From an uncultured Candidatus Saccharibacteria bacterium (GTDB lineage Bacteria; Patescibacteriota; JABMPQ01; JAQVVF01): DNA of 64,000 nucleotides. The translations under genes and the position numbers were made by a program. This document shows positions 61,753 to 64,000 of this stretch, one piece after another. Below the pieces are notes generated by a model. The model was not told where the DNA came from and searched no databases. It was given only the letters and a program-made list of their open reading frames with translations. Position 1 is the first letter of the stretch. Every line of letters begins with the position of its first letter. The stretch lies in assembly GCA_964574655.1 (NCBI GenBank), contig CAZNOH010000004.1:66046-130045 (forward strand), written 5' to 3'.

Positions 61753-63069
61753 TTATCTAACCATTTTTTTGTATAAATCATTAAACAAATTATTGGGATC
61801 AGTTTTTTGTTTAACTTTTTTAAAATTTTCTAAGTTATATATTTCCCAAAATCTTTCTTTAGAATAATGATTTTGCGAAATTAAAGTTTTGATGCCATCA
61901 AGTTCAAAAACCTTGTTCTCTAATATTTTAGCATAATCAATATTTTTTTTATTATTTTGTTTGCCATAAATTGCAGCGTCAATAAAGAAAGCCTCGTTAT
62001 TTTTTGATGCTAGTTCATCTGAAATCCAAGGATATATTTTTGGAGCTTTGTACGGAACAATCCAGAGCGGAAAGAAATCAAAATCTTTTTCGTACCAAGC
62101 ATAAAATTTTGGAAAGTTATTATTTGGAATAAAAACATCAACGACGACATCTGGATTTTTGCCTTTGTTAATTATTGGACCGAACTTTTTAGAAAGCTTT
62201 ATTAAATTGCTAGAGCCTAAAATAAATTTACCGAACAATAATCTGCCAAAAAATGTTTCCATGAATGGAATTTTTTTTGATAGCCAATGGCAGTCAGCAT
62301 CATAGCGATAAAAATAATCGTAAATTTTAAAATAATCTTCTTCTTTTTTTTCAACAGATTTATAGAAAATTTTTAGCCAATCATATTTTGATTTATAAGG
62401 AGCATAATCTACCATATTACCTAAACAGAGGATAAAAAGATTTTTATTATATATTATTCCATCAATGAAATCATATTGTTTTTCTTGGCAATATTTTTGC
62501 AAATCGTTCCAATACTGCTCGAAATTATTATATTTTTTATAACATAAATGAACGTATGGTTTAGCAGGTAAAAGTTTAAATTTTATTTTCGAAATTATTC
62601 CTAAAGTTCCATATGATCCATGAATCATGTTAAAAATATCTTGGTTCTTCTCTGGAGAACAAGCAACAATTTCTCCATTGCTAGTGATTATTTCATATTC
62701 TAGACAAGTGTCATGAAAACCGCCATATTTATAAGACATTGATTCAATTGAACAGCCGGAAATCGCTCCGCCCAAAGTAATTGTTTTTAATTCTGGAACA
62801 ACGGCTGGAATTAAATTATATTTTAATGATTCTTGAAGTAATTGCGAAAAAGTTAAACCTGGTTCAGCAACTGCTATATTTTTTTTTGAATCAATGTTAA
62901 GCAAAGAATCTAGAGATTTTAAATCTAGTTTTGGCAGTTTTTCTTTTTTTGTATGAGCCAACGGAACAAAATGAGAAACTGTTTTTTTGGAAAAAGAGAC
63001 TGGTTGATTTTTTGATTTTAAATTTTTTAGTTGTTTTATAATATCTAAAACTTTTTCTTTGTGAGACAT
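61753..63069 (-). CDS. FAD-binding oxidoreductase (VAO/PCMH family, delta24-sterol-reductase-like)
   Basis: AEPG, VVPELKTITLGGA, SYGTLG, K...DP...F.DLY.K. Confidence 0.85.
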   Translation of the reverse strand: MSHKEKVLDIIKQLKNLKSKNQPVSFSKKTVSHFVPLAHTKKEKLPKLDLKSLDSLLNIDSKKNIAVAEPGLTFSQLLQESLKYNLIPAVVPELKTITLGGAISGCSIESMSYKYGGFHDTCLEYEIITSNGEIVACSPEKNQDIFNMIHGSYGTLGIISKIKFKLLPAKPYVHLCYKKYNNFEQYWNDLQKYCQEKQYDFIDGIIYNKNLFILCLGNMVDYAPYKSKYDWLKIFYKSVEKKEEDYFKIYDYFYRYDADCHWLSKKIPFMETFFGRLLFGKFILGSSNLIKLSKKFGPIINKGKNPDVVVDVFIPNNNFPKFYAWYEKDFDFFPLWIVPYKAPKIYPWISDELASKNNEAFFIDAAIYGKQNNKKNIDYAKILENKVFELDGIKTLISQNHYSKERFWEIYNLENFKKVKQKTDPNNLFNDLYKKMVR

Positions 63070-63079
63070 GTCAAAATTA

Positions 63080-63817
63080 TTATCTTAATGTCCAACCGCC
63101 ATCAACAATGATTACTTGGCCTGTAATATAATCTGATTTTTCTGAAGATAAAAAAACAACGCAATTTGCAATATCTCCAGGAGTGCCCATTCTTTTTTGA
63201 GGGATCGCAGCAACTGTTTGTTTCAGAGTTTTTTCGTCCATTGCTTGTGTTACTCCTGGCGTTTCAATCATGCCTGGCGCAACTGCGTTAACATTAATTT
63301 TTTTTGAAGCTAATTCTAAAGCCAAAGCTCTGATCATGCCATTCACTCCACCTTTAGAAGCGCAGTAGTGAACTAACCCTTCAAAACCGACAACCGATGC
63401 GATTGAAGAAATATCAACTATTTTTCCATTTTCAGGCATTTTTGAAGAAACAGCTTGAGAAGTTAAGAACATGCTTTTTAGATTAACGTCCATAACCTTG
63501 TCCCAATCATCTTCAGTCATTTTGGCAAAAGGAACAAACGGAAAGATGCCGGCATTATTGACTAGAATATCAATTTTGCTGAATTTTTCTGAAGAAACTT
63601 TTACAAGATTATCAACTTCTGATTTTTTAGAAACATCGCATTTTACGGCAATTGACTGGACTCCTAGCTTGGTAATCTCAGCAACAACTTGATCGCAAGT
63701 TTCTTTATTAATATCGGAGACAACAATATTGCAACCTTCTTTTGCTAATGCTAAAGCAATTCCCTTGCCAATACCTTGACCAGCGCCAGTTACAATAGCA
63801 GTTTTGTTTTTTAACAT
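63080..63817 (-). CDS. Short-chain dehydrogenase/reductase (FabG-like)
   Basis: TGAGQGIG, NNAG, YCASK, DGG; start MLKNK preferred. Confidence 0.92.
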   Translation of the reverse strand: MLKNKTAIVTGAGQGIGKGIALALAKEGCNIVVSDINKETCDQVVAEITKLGVQSIAVKCDVSKKSEVDNLVKVSSEKFSKIDILVNNAGIFPFVPFAKMTEDDWDKVMDVNLKSMFLTSQAVSSKMPENGKIVDISSIASVVGFEGLVHYCASKGGVNGMIRALALELASKKINVNAVAPGMIETPGVTQAMDEKTLKQTVAAIPQKRMGTPGDIANCVVFLSSEKSDYITGQVIIVDGGWTLR

Positions 63818-63875
63818 GCTTTTTTTGTTATTTATTTTTTTAATTTGGTTATCCAAAATTTAGCTATTTTTAATT

Positions 63876-63962
63876 CGGAAGGGGTGGGATTCGAACCCAC
63901 GGCAACCGTGAGGCTGCGCTAGTTTTCAAGACTAGTCCTTTCGGCCGCTCAGGCACCCTTCC
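63876..63962 (-). tRNA. tRNA-Ser (TGA)
   Basis: Minus strand ggaaggg/cccttcc-G73, ctagt-ctTGAaa-actag, long variable arm. Confidence 0.95.
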
Positions 63963-64000
63963 ATGTCAATGACTAAATAACTAAATTATAAATGACAAAA

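Noticed and set aside
61753-63817. DprE1/DprE2 epimerase pair
   Set aside because: The oxidoreductase motifs (VVPELKTIT...IES) fit the delta24-sterol-reductase-like group and the SDR is a generic FabG type; no specific support.
63965-64000. Possible start of another periodic repeat arm (aatgact-aaataact-aaat...aatgac)
   Set aside because: Truncated by the window edge; the partner arm cannot be seen.

Overview
AT-rich bacterial chromosomal segment read in the standard code (several intact genes end in TGA). Gene content and style suggest a Patescibacteria/CPR genome (inference). Housekeeping genes: dnaE, thrS, miaB, miaA, gatB, tmk, tandem-domain thyX, rplA, rplK, nusG, secE, intein-containing gyrB, pheT, pheS, a UvrD-nuclease fusion, rmuC, sod and four tRNAs. 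Best candidate novel system: an operon-like block (14451-22735, minus strand). It has five tandem paralogs sharing a conserved ~95-aa N-terminal domain fused to variable LRR-like repeats, then a MoxR/AAA_5 ATPase, then an HExxH-vWA partner. The partner's HExxH motif is split by one in-frame TGA. A sixth paralog lies at 57432-58271. Second strong pattern: about a dozen orphan genes share a sigma70 promoter, a boxA-like motif and a strong GGAGG Shine-Dalgarno, whereas the core genes inspected have no SD. This class includes a four-gene array of secreted Cys-rich proteins. The window also holds many small palindromic elements: covarying CTTG-footed hairpins, nested elements, in-frame insertions in miaB and the helicase, and periodic inverted repeats that are either empty or carry four-helix-bundle or GxxExxY genes. 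Also present: a candidate Phe/Tyr leader-peptide attenuator, CarS-like and PgsA-like lipid genes inside the nusG-rplK-rplA cluster, and a hairpin-interrupted pseudo-tRNA-Asp.
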